Shown here: positions 23,701-33,075 of the stretch, one piece after another
Numbering within the stretch: position 1 is the first letter of the stretch
Layout of the letters: each line of letters opens with the position of its first letter
Source of the DNA: Ranitomeya imitator
Taxonomy: Eukaryota
Assembly (NCBI RefSeq): GCF_032444005.1
Contig: NC_091283.1
Location: forward strand, 42,842,001-42,906,000
Direction of reading: 5' to 3'
Length of the DNA: 64,000 nucleotides
Program-made: the position numbers and the translations under genes
Notes under the pieces: model-generated
Databases searched by the model: none
What the model saw: the letters and a program-made list of their open reading frames with translations, nothing else
What the model was told of the DNA's origin: nothing

Positions 23701-24189
23701 AGAGGAGTGGAGGGCACAGTGATCGGTGAGGGTCCGAGATCTCCGCGGACACCCACCATTCAAAGCTTCTGACACGTCTCTGATATGCAAAAAGGTGTTT
23801 TTTGTCTTTTTCTTTAATTTTTACATGAGTGGAAATTGTGCAAAAATGTTGCCACTTTTCCGCCATTTCTGTGGTCAAAATCCGCACGACTTATTCACTT
23901 TAATATGGGCATGAACCTAATAAATGAAAAATTAATTGAAACTATCATTATTAACGCGCTTCTTGTTTTCTCCTAAATTTAGGTGACCCAAGAGTGTCTG
24001 AAAAATGACGTTCTCACCAGCCTGGTTTGGATTTTAACAGAAGATATGGGGCAACTGATTCATGGGGGCCAAAGCCCCGAAGAAATGATAAAGGCAGATC
24101 TCCATGTCACTGCCAAACCACCTCCTGCAAAGAAACAAAAAGGCAAAAGGAAGAAGAAAGGCAAGAAAACGAAAAAGAAGGCCGACTGA
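17739..24189 (+). CDS. IFNL: Interferon lambda (type III IFN), 6 coding exons, 216 aa, with a polybasic C-terminal extension
   Basis: Exons 17739-17757, 17840-18003, 18455-18517, 20422-20556, 22696-22758 and 23983-24189. All junctions are GT-AG and the four core introns are phase 0, as in class II helical cytokines. Motifs align with IFN-lambda: CHMSKYKKMQP (cf. CHIGRFKSLSP), RDRLMLTL...DLMNC, RHHLKQY (cf. LHHWLHRL), ECLKNDVLTSLVWILTEDM (cf. GCLEASVTFNLFRLLTRDL). It sits next to SYCN, NCCRP1 and PAK4. Confidence 0.88.
17840..18003 (+). CDS. IFNL: IFN-lambda exon 2 (signal peptide and helix A)
   Basis: (D)MAAIVRTVVPLALYFASLQDVAEGHPIQNHCHMSKYKKMQPSAMSPARKLQNLQ, followed by donor GTGAGT. Confidence 0.88.
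18455..18517 (+). CDS. IFNL: IFN-lambda exon 3
   Basis: Acceptor CTCTTTTCCCGCAG, HKKSSCHHGLRLKHFEDCDIK (63 nt, phase 0-0), donor GTAAGG. It carries the conserved AB-loop Cys. Confidence 0.8.
18942..19712. mobile_element. Non-autonomous pogo/Tc2-like DNA transposon with an internal foldback, in IFN-lambda intron 3
   Basis: TIRs CCATATTTTTCAGACTATAAGACGCAC / GTGCGTCTTATAGTCCGAAAAATACGG, with TA on the left flank. An internal inverted repeat spans 19160-19387. Confidence 0.75.
20422..20556 (+). CDS. IFNL: IFN-lambda exon 4
   Basis: Acceptor TGTCTCCGCAG, GRDRLMLTLYRVSLVVNVLENMNKTELVKQNLKAFSILESDLMNC, donor GTAAGT. It contains an N-K-T glycosylation sequon. Confidence 0.88.
20690..22330. repeat. 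Degenerate tandem repeat with three higher-order copies of about 330 bp, in IFN-lambda intron 4
   Basis: The block CTAGTGTCTAGTGT.ATGGTGACCCACTCTGTAACATTCAATGGATTAGTGTTCCACTTAAT recurs at about 21030, 21358 and 21690. Confidence 0.8.
22696..22758 (+). CDS. IFNL: IFN-lambda exon 5
   Basis: Acceptor TTTATTCTTTTCCAG, EMEKSPELKNCRHHLKQYRET, donor GTAAAT, phase 0-0. Confidence 0.8.
23299..23668. mobile_element. Palindromic T2/Kolobok-type MITE
   Basis: Long internal inverted arms (CTGAATCCGGCGATGTTTT...GAGATATGGCC / GGCCATATCTC...AAAACATCGCCGGATTCAG), ending CAGGTTCCCTTTAA. The same family occurs at about 37793 and 52760. Confidence 0.75.
23983..24189 (+). CDS. IFNL: IFN-lambda exon 6 (helix F plus basic tail)
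   Basis: Acceptor TTTTCTCCTAAATTTAG, then VTQECLKNDVLTSLVWILTEDMGQLIHGGQSPEEMIKADLHVTAKPPPAKKQKGKRKKKGKKTKKKAD*. Confidence 0.88.
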   Translation: MTQECLKNDVLTSLVWILTEDMGQLIHGGQSPEEMIKADLHVTAKPPPAKKQKGKRKKKGKKTKKKAD

Positions 24190-24559
24190 AAACATCCCCA
24201 CGGGAAGACAAAAAGAACAATTCCAGCTGTCCAAGCAGCCAGAATTATTTTATAAAGGAGGCCGAACTCTGTTGCTATGGGTGACATATAGTGTTGCTAA
24301 GGCTGACGATGTCCCACATTTTATAGGCCTAATTTTTTAAATTGTCTCCGTGTTGCCCCCTAGCAACCAATCACAGCTTATCTTTCATTTTGAAAACAAC
24401 TTTGGTTAAATGAAAGCTGCGTTGTGATTGGTTGCTATGTTTACCATCAAAATCAAAAGTTGGATGATATACAAAAATGAACAAAGGTCGTGAAGACGTT
24501 ATATTTCCGCTATCGAGCTGTGAAGGACACGATATTTCACTCAGTGACTTTTATATTAA

Positions 24560-24960
24560 TGATATGTATTTATTAATAATAATAATTTAATTGTTGAGTT
24601 AGGATGCCATTTCCTAACACAATGTATTTATATATAATATATTATAATGTATTAAATATATTTATATTTTTATGTATATCTATTATAAAAATTAAATTAT
24701 TAGAATTTTTCATCAGTTGTTTGAATCTTGTTACCAGAAGGGGAAATGGGGCCGGATATTTTGTAAAATGTTTTTGGTGTGAAAAGTTTTGTAGTTTCCT
24801 GATATTTGAAAGGATCGTCAAGTGTAGCAGCATTTATTATAGGGGAGCGTCTTTTTCTGAGAGTCAAAAACTTCCATTTTCTCCTAGCAGAAAACACTTT
24901 AGGAATCAATATTTTTCTCTGGATGTTTGTACACCGGAAGCTTTTATTTAGTTATTTATT
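24560..24960 (+). promoter_or_regulatory. AU-rich element cluster in the presumptive IFN-lambda 3' UTR
   Basis: ATTTA pentamers at 24568, 24585, 24626, 24660, 24832, 24946 and 24954, plus ATTAAA at 24651. The transcript end is unknown. Confidence 0.5.
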
Positions 24961-25218
24961 GTCATTTCCTGAGATTTTTTTCCTCCTGGTTTTTTTTTTT
25001 TTTTTTTTTCATTTTTTTGGGTAGCGTTTTTTTTTACTGGCATTTTTAGATTTATTTTTTTTAATCCATAAGACATGTTGCATAAATACTGCATTTTTCC
25101 GATGATTCCTTTTTGTGCTGAAGTGGATGTCAGTGGCATAACTAGAGTCCGATGGGCCCCCGGTGCAAGATACACACAAAATACATATAACGTCCCTCGT
25201 CCTGGTATATGTCCCTTA

Positions 25219-27401
25219 GGCCGGGAACACACATACGCGAGATACGGCCGAGTCTCGCAGGTGAAATCCCTCCTCTGGCGCCGGCACTCCGGAGCGGAGC
25301 GTGCAGCTCGATGTATTGCTGTGTGGATGCACGCTCCTGCAGCGCCCCAGAGATCTGGTCGTTGCAGTATGACACTCTGCCACTAAGGGGAGTGATGGTA
25401 CGTCTGATGGCACTGAAGGAGTTCTCCTGACCAGGTATCACCAGCACACATTACACTTCACACTCCGGCCACTAGGGGGAGCAAAAGGCTTTATTTATTG
25501 GGCCCCTCCTCACACTGGTAAAACTAGGGGTTGGATAGAAAGTTAGTCAGAAGCTGACTGGGTTGGATTCAGGCAACATCCCGTGGCAGGGGGTGTTGCA
25601 GGGAGAAGACACAGGGGGGGTCCCTGTCAGGCGTGGGAACCTGGCAGGTGCCTAGCGAACAGAACAGAACGTAACGGAATCGCGCCTGCACACCCCGCGG
25701 CGGTATCCTAAGAAAGAGACAAGAAGGGAAGGATATTGTGGAACAGTGTAAACGAGATCTAGCAAAAAGGAGTACCAGTAGGAGTCGTGCCGTGAGACCG
25801 AGGCAACATCCTACTGAGGCGCGTAGCCGGTGGCCGGAACACTGCGGAAGTAACTGACTCTAGGCCTTACTTCAAACTCCGCAGGACAGTTAATTATAGG
25901 TTGGCTGTCTACCTTAAATTTCCTAAGAAGACATAGGGGGCAACATTGGGAGAGGGGCGTCTCTAGGGTCCCGGAAGACCTCCAAGCCTTCCCGTCATAC
26001 GGGTGCGTCCTAGCCATAACATACTGGGGGATGAGAAACTAGCAACATCTGGAACCAAAGAGAGAGAGAGCTGTAGAGAACGAACGAGAACAGCAGTTGT
26101 GAAGGCTATTCCGAATGCTCAGCAGGGTAGGACTACAACACACAGGCGCTAGTGGTGGGCAACGATTTCCATCTGCGAGGGAAACTCGGGAAGTGCCCAT
26201 CAGACCGGCCGGTCTCTGATAGCCCTGTTAAACGTACTCTGGATTGAGGATCCTGAAGTCTACAGTAAAGAGGTAAAGAGACTGCAACCTTGTGTCCTCG
26301 TTATTGCCTGCACCTCACACCATCACCATCCACCTTACTGGGAAGCCCTGGGGACATACTTCACCTGTGGGAAGGTATACCATCCAGCTGCCATTCCATC
26401 ACCCCAGCGGACACCACAGCAGCGTCGGTCACCCTGACCGAACACCACAGGTGGCGTCACGAACCCCTGACAGACTGCACCACCTTTATTGGACGCCCCT
26501 TAGCAGGGTCGCGGACCGGGTCTAGCCACCGTGACAGCTTCAGAACCGAAGCAGAGAGGCCCGGTACCGAGAACTCGTGGCCCTGTGTCTGGGGGCGATC
26601 CAACTTGGCATCACGAACAGGATCGTACTTAAGCCTAAGAAGACATAGGGGGCAACATTGGGAGAGGGGCGTCTCTAGGGTCCCGGAAGACCTCCAAGCC
26701 TTCCCGTCATACGGTGCGTCCTAGCCAAAACATACTGGGGGACGAGAAACTAGCAACATCTGGAACTAAAGAGAGAGAGAGAGCTGTAAAGAACGAACGA
26801 AACAAGAACAGCAGTTGTGAGGACTATTCCGAATGCTCAGCAGGGAAGCACTACAACACACAGGTGCTAGTGGTGGGCAACGATTTCCATCAGCGAGGGA
26901 AACTCTGGATGTGCCCATCAGACCGGCCGGTCTCTGATAGCCCTGTTAAACATGCTCTGGATTGAGGATCCTGAAGTCTTCAGTAAAGAGGTAAATAGAC
27001 TGCAACCTTGTGTCCTCGTTATTGACTGCACCTCACGCCATCACCATCCACCTTATTGGGAAGCCCTGGGGACATACTTCACCTGTGGGAAGGTATACCA
27101 TCCAGCTGCCATTCCATCACCCCAGCGGACCCCACAGCAGCGTCGGTCACCCTGACCGAACACCACAGGTGGCGTCACAAACCCCTGACAGACTGTACCA
27201 CCTTTATTGGACGCCCCTTAGCAGGGTCGCGGACCGGGTCTAGCCACCGTGACAGCTTCAGAACCGAAGCAGAGAGGCCCGGTACCGAGAACTCGTGGCC
27301 CTGTGTCTGGGGGCGATCCACTCCGCTCCGGAATGCCGGCACCAGAGCAGGGTTTTCACCTGCGAGACTCGGCCATATCTCGCGTATGTGTGATCCCGGC
27401 C
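25219..27401. mobile_element. PIF/Harbinger-like MITE hosting a nested LTR element
   Basis: TIRs GGCCGGGAACACACATACGCGAGATA.GGCCGAGTCTCGCAGGTGAAA / TTTCACCTGCGAGACTCGGCCATATCTCGCGTATGTGTGATCCCGGCC. TTA TSD at 25216-25218 and 27402-27404. Confidence 0.75.
25338..27320 (+). mobile_element. Internally deleted gypsy-type LTR retrotransposon (5' LTR, PBS, partial 3' LTR)
   Basis: 5' LTR 25338-26602 (TG...CA). PBS TGGCATCACGAACAGGAT at 26606-26623. Segment 26634-27320 duplicates 25922-26602. 4-bp TSD CTCC at 25334-25337 and 27321-27324. Confidence 0.85.
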
Positions 27402-27616
27402 TTATCCTGGGACCCATCCTGGTATAGACATATCCCCCATCCTGGTATATATCCTGTAATATGTCCACTATCCTGGGGCCCATCCTGATATATATATATC
27501 CTTTATCCTGGCCCATCCTCATACATACGGTATATCCCCATCCCTGATATAGAGGAAAAAAAACAACCAGCACTCCTAATGTGAACACGTGCACGCTGCA
27601 AACTGCATCATATAGA

Positions 27617-27853
27617 TTAAAAAGAACATAGCAGCACATGTGCATGAATCTAGGCCATGTGAAAACACAGACAAATATTCAATATAGATTATACTTCTCA
27701 AAAATATTTTTTCACAAAATGCGCTGAGAACCTTCATTTCATCTATTACTGTAAGTTTTATGAAAAACATTTTTGGGGGAAGTCTATATTGAATATTTGT
27801 CTGTGATTTCACATGGCCTTGATTCATGCACATGTGCTGCTGTGTTCTTTTTT
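27617..27853. repeat. Inverted repeat with arms of about 90-100 bp (probable MITE)
   Basis: AAAAAGAACATAGCAGCACATGTGCATGAATC...ACAAATATTCAATATAGA pairs with TCTATATTGAATATTTGT...GATTCATGCACATGTGCTGCTGTGTTCTTTTT. Confidence 0.75.
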
Positions 27854-27864
27854 ATCCATCCCTG

Positions 27865-30091
27865 ATATATATATATATATATATAAAGCTGAATGTGTGT
27901 ATGTGTGTATGTATGTCCGGGATAGGCATCTGCACCGTCGCAGCTACAGCCACAAAATTTTGCACAGTCACACGTCTGGACCCCGAGAGCGTCATAGGCT
28001 ATATTGTGAGGCGAAATTTTAACCCCGCGCATTCCAATTCACCAAACAATTTTGCCCCTATCTACATAATGGGGAAAAAAGTGAAAGGAAAAGTGTTGGA
28101 GGCGTCGCAGCTACAGCCACAAAATTTTGCACAGTCACACGTCTGGACCCCGAGAGCGTCATAGGCTATATTGTGAGGCGAAATTTTAACCCCGCGCATT
28201 CCAATTCACCAAACAATTTTGCCCCCTATCTACATAATGGGGAAAAAAGTGAAAGGAAAAGTGTTGGAGGCGTCGCAGCTACAGCCACAAAATTTTGCAC
28301 AGTCACACGTCTGGACCCCGAGTGCGTCATAGGCTATGTTGTGAGGTGAAATTTTAACCCCGCGCTTTCCAATTCACCAAACAATTTTGCCCCTATCTAC
28401 ATAATGGGGAAAAAAGTGAAAGGAAAAGTGTTGGAGGCAAATTGACAGCTGCCAGATGTGAACAAGGGGGACTTAAAGAATGAGAGCGATGGCGCCAAAG
28501 AGTATATACTGTACAGTTGCTAAGGTGGGGCCCCGACATGGGATACTCACCACACACGGGGATATGAACACACACACAAAATGCGCCACACACTACCACG
28601 TGCTTGAACACATATTACCCTCAACACACATTTCACCACACATACACCAACCTCGCCACATAAAAGTCGAAACACAAAAGTCGCCGCTCAAAACTCGCCA
28701 CGCGCAAATCTCACCACATGCAAAAACTAGGCTCACGCAAAACTCGCCACAAGTGCAAAACTCACCTCATGGAAAACTCGCCACACGCAAAACTTGCACA
28801 CGCTGAAAAATTGCCACATGTACAAAAGTTGCAACACATGCAAAAGTTGCCTCACACAAAACTTGCACATACTCAAAAGGCACCACACATAAAACTCGCC
28901 ACACGCAACACTTGGCATGCGCAAAACTTGCTGCACACAACTTGCCACACTAACCTGTCACATGCAACCCGACACACAAAAAGTTGCTACACGCATGTCC
29001 CCACACAAAACTCATCTCACAAAAGTCGCTACATGCATGTCGCCACACGCAACTCAACACACACAACTTGACAAACGAAACTCGCCCTAAAACACACACA
29101 AGTCTGGTATTATCCTTCAAAAATAAAAATCTGATTAATAAGCAGACAAACTACAAGAGCAACAAATGTACCATATAGGAAATACGGCAGCTGTCAGTCA
29201 CATGACCTGTCTATTATGTGCATGTGTGAGCTAATATATACAGCCAGGGGGAGGGCTTACTGTTGGCTGGGGATTTATCAGGCTGCCAATTTAGCTTACA
29301 AATACTGAGGTAAAAATACTGAGCAAATAACGTGTGAACGAGGTCTAATACAGGAGGAGATGACACACAGGTATATACTATATACAGGGGAGATGACACA
29401 CAGATATATACTATATACAGGAGAAATGACACACAGGTATATACTATATACAGGCGGAGATGACATACAGGTATATGTTATATATAGAAGATGACATACA
29501 GGTATATACTATATACAGGAGAGATGACACACAGGTATATACTATATACAGGAGGAGATGACATACAGGTATATGTTATATATAGAAGATGACATACAGG
29601 TATATACTATATACAGGAGGAGATTACACACAGATATATACTATATACAGGGGAGATGACACACAGGTATATACTATATACAGGAGGAGATGACATATAG
29701 GTATATACTATATACAGGGGAGATGACACACAGCAGGTATATACTATATACAGGTGAGATGACATACAGGTATATACTATATACAGGAGATGACATACAG
29801 GTGTACACTATATATAAGGGAGATGACAAACATGTATATACTGAGGTGAAAATGAGAGGTGTGAGGTAAAAATGAAAAGGTGTGAGTGCAAAATGAGAGG
29901 AGTGAGGGAAAATAGTGCAGTGATCGGAAAATGACAGTGACAGATGTGAGGTCGAAATGACAAGTGTTAGGGGGGAATGAGAGGAGTGAGGGAGAAAATG
30001 AGAGGTGTGAGGGAGAAAATGAGAGAAGTGATTGGGAAAATGAGAGAAGTGAGGTGCTATAACTAACCACAGATATTTACTATGCCCAGGC
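27865..30091 (+). mobile_element. Non-autonomous Helitron-like element, copy 1 (3' end runs into the gap)
   Basis: Near-identical to 30221-32715. It contains 3 units of about 167 bp and arrays of about 33 bp (GGTATATACTATATACAGGAGGAGATGACA), and stops at TATGCCCAGGC at the gap. Confidence 0.7.
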
Positions 30092-30220
30092 NNNNNNNNN
30101 NNNNNNNNNNNNNNNNNNNNNNNNNNNNNNNNNNNNNNNNNNNNNNNNNNNNNNNNNNNNNNNNNNNNNNNNNNNNNNNNNNNNNNNNNNNNNNNNNNNN
30201 NNNNNNNNNNNNNNNNNNNN
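30092..30220. other. Assembly gap (129 N)
   Basis: Run of N characters. Confidence 1.
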
Positions 30221-32714
30221 TGCACCGTCGCAGCTACAGCCACAAAATTTTGCACAGTCACACGTCTGGACCCCGAGAGCGTCATAGGCTATATTGTGAG
30301 GCGAAATTTTAACCCCGCGCGTTTCAATTCACCAAACAATTTTGCCCCTATCTATATAATGGGGAAAAAAGTGAAAGGAAAAGTGTTGGAGGCGTCGCAG
30401 CTACAGCAACAAAATTTTGCACAGTCACACGTCTGGACCCTGAGAGCGTCATAGGCTACGTTGTGAGGTGAAATTTTAACCCCGCGCTTTCCAATTCAAC
30501 AAACAATTTTGCCCCTATCTACATAATGGGGAAAAAAGTGAAAGGAAAAGTGTTGGAGGCGTCGCAGCTACAGAAACAAAATTTTGCACAGTCACACGTC
30601 TGGACCCTGAGAGCGTCATAGGCTACGTTGTGAGGTGAAATTTTAACCCCGCGCTTTCCAATTCACCAAACAATTTTGCCCCTATCTACATAATGGGTAA
30701 AAAGTTACATGAAAAGTGTTGGAGGCGTCGCAGCTACAGCCACAAAATTTTGCACAGTCACACGTCTGGACCCTGAGAGCGTCATAGGCTATGTTGTGAG
30801 GTGAAATTTTAACTCCGCGCTTTCCAATTCACCAAACTAATTTTCCCCTATCTACATAATGGGGAAAAGTGAAAGGAAAAGTGTTGGAGGCAAATTGACA
30901 GCTGCCAGATGTGAACAAGGGGGACTTAAAGAATGAGAGCGATGGCGCCAAAGAGTATATACCGTACAGTTGCTAAGGTGGGGCCCCGACATGAGATACT
31001 CACCACACATGGGGATATGAACACACACACAAAATGCGCCACACACTACCACGTGCTTGAACACATATACCACCCTCAGCACACATTTCACCACACATAC
31101 ACCAACGTCGCCACATAAAAGTCGAAACACAAAAGTCGCCGCTCAAAACTCGCCACGCGCAAAACTCGCCACATGCAAAAACTAGGCTCACGCAAAACTC
31201 GCCACAAGTGCAAAACTCACCTCATGGAAAACTCGCCACACGCAAAACTTGCACATGCGGAAAAATTGCCACATGCACAAAATTTGCAACACATGCAAAA
31301 GTTGCCTCACACAAAACTTGCACATTCTCAAAAGGCACCAGACATAAAACTCACCACGCGCAAAACTCGCCATGCGCAAAACTTGCTGCACACAACTTGC
31401 TACACTAACCTGTTACATGCAACTCGACACACAAAAAGTTGCTACATGCATGTCGCCACATAAAACTCATCTCACAAAAGTCGCTACATGCATGTCGCCA
31501 CACACAACTCAACACACACAACTTGACAAACGAAACTCGCCCTAAAACACACACAAGTCTGGTATTAGCCTTCAAAAATAAAAATCTGATTAATAAGCAG
31601 ACAAACTACAAGAGCAACAAATGTACCATATAGGAAATATGGCAGCTGTCAGTCACATGACCTGTCTATTATGTGTATGTGTGAGCTAATATATACTGCC
31701 GGGGGAGGGCTTCCTGTTGGCTGGGGATTTATCAGGCTGCCAATTTATCTTACAAATACTGAGGTAAAAATACTGAGCAAATAACGTGTTAACGAGGTCT
31801 AATACAGGAGATCACACAGGTATATACTATATACAGGGGAGATGACACACAGATATATACTATATACAGGAGAGATAGCACACAGGTATATACTATATAG
31901 AGGAGGAGATGACATACAGGTACATACTATATACAGGAGGAGATGACATACAGGTTTATACTAAATACAGGAGGAGATGACACACAGGTATATACTATAT
32001 ACAGGAGCAGATTACCTACAGGTATATACTATATACAGGAGGAGATGACATACAGGTATATGCTATATATAGAAGATGACATATAGGTATATACTATATA
32101 CAGGAGGAGATGACACACAGATATATACTATATACAGGGGAGATGACACACAGGTATATACTATATACAGGAGGAGATGACATACAGGTATATACTATAT
32201 ATAGAAGGAGATGACATACAGGTATATACTATATATAGGAGGAGATGACATACAGGTATATACTATATATAGGAGGAGATGACACACAGGTATATACTAT
32301 ATACAGGGGAGATGACACACAGCAGGTATATACTATATACAGGGGAGATGACATACAGGTATATACTATATACAGGAGATGACATACAGGTGTATACTAT
32401 ATATAAGGGAGATGACAAACATGTATATACTGAGGTGAAAATGAGAGGTGTGAGGTGAAAATGAAAAGGTGTGAGTGCAAAATGAGAGGAGTGAGGGAAA
32501 ATAGTGTAGTGATTGGAAAATGACAGATGTGAGGTCGAAATGACAAGTGTCGGGGGGAATGAGAGGAGTGAGGGAGAAAATGATAGGTGTGAAGGAGAAA
32601 ATGAGAGATGTGAGGGGGGAAAATGAGAGGCGTGATGGGAAAATAAGAGAAGTGACGTGCTATAACTAACCACAGATATTTACTATGCCCAGGCAACGCC
32701 GGGCTCTTCAGCTA

Positions 32715-32715
<1 letters not shown>
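30221..32715 (+). mobile_element. Non-autonomous Helitron-like element, copy 2 (3' terminus intact)
   Basis: A subterminal hairpin GCCCAGGCAACGCCGGGC (32687-32704) is followed by CTAG (32712-32715) and then T, the canonical Helitron 3' end. No TSD or TIR is present. Confidence 0.78.
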
Positions 32716-32749
<34 letters not shown>

Positions 32750-33073
32750 CTCTATCCCGCATCTTGGCATATGCCCCTTATCCTGGGCACCATCCTGGTA
32801 ATATGTCCCTTATCCTGGGCACTATCCTGATATATATATATATCCCCCATTGTGGTATATGACCCTTATTATGGGCACCATCCCGATATCTATGCCCCAT
32901 CCACATATATGTCCCTTATCCTGGGCCCCATCCTGGTATATGCCCCTTATCCTGGGCACCATCCTGGTATATATATTCACCATCCTGGCATATTTCCCTT
33001 ATCCTGGGCCCCATTCTGGTATATATATCATCCTTCCTGATATATGTCCCTTATCCTGTGCCCCATCCTGATA
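32750..33073. repeat. Degenerate minisatellite (ATATGTCCCTTATCCTGGGCACCATCCTGG), also at about 25195, 27405-27545 and 34640-34690
   Basis: Repeated units are visible. It hosts the Harbinger-like MITE, the Helitron and the Tc1 insertions. Confidence 0.75.
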
Positions 33074-33075
33074 TA

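Noticed and set aside
17739-24189. Identity as IFN-gamma, type I IFN or an IL-10-family cytokine
   Set aside because: The basic tail recalls IFN-gamma, but the five-core-exon layout, Cys spacing, helix A and F motifs, and the SYCN/NCCRP1/PAK4 neighbourhood all fit IFN-lambda.
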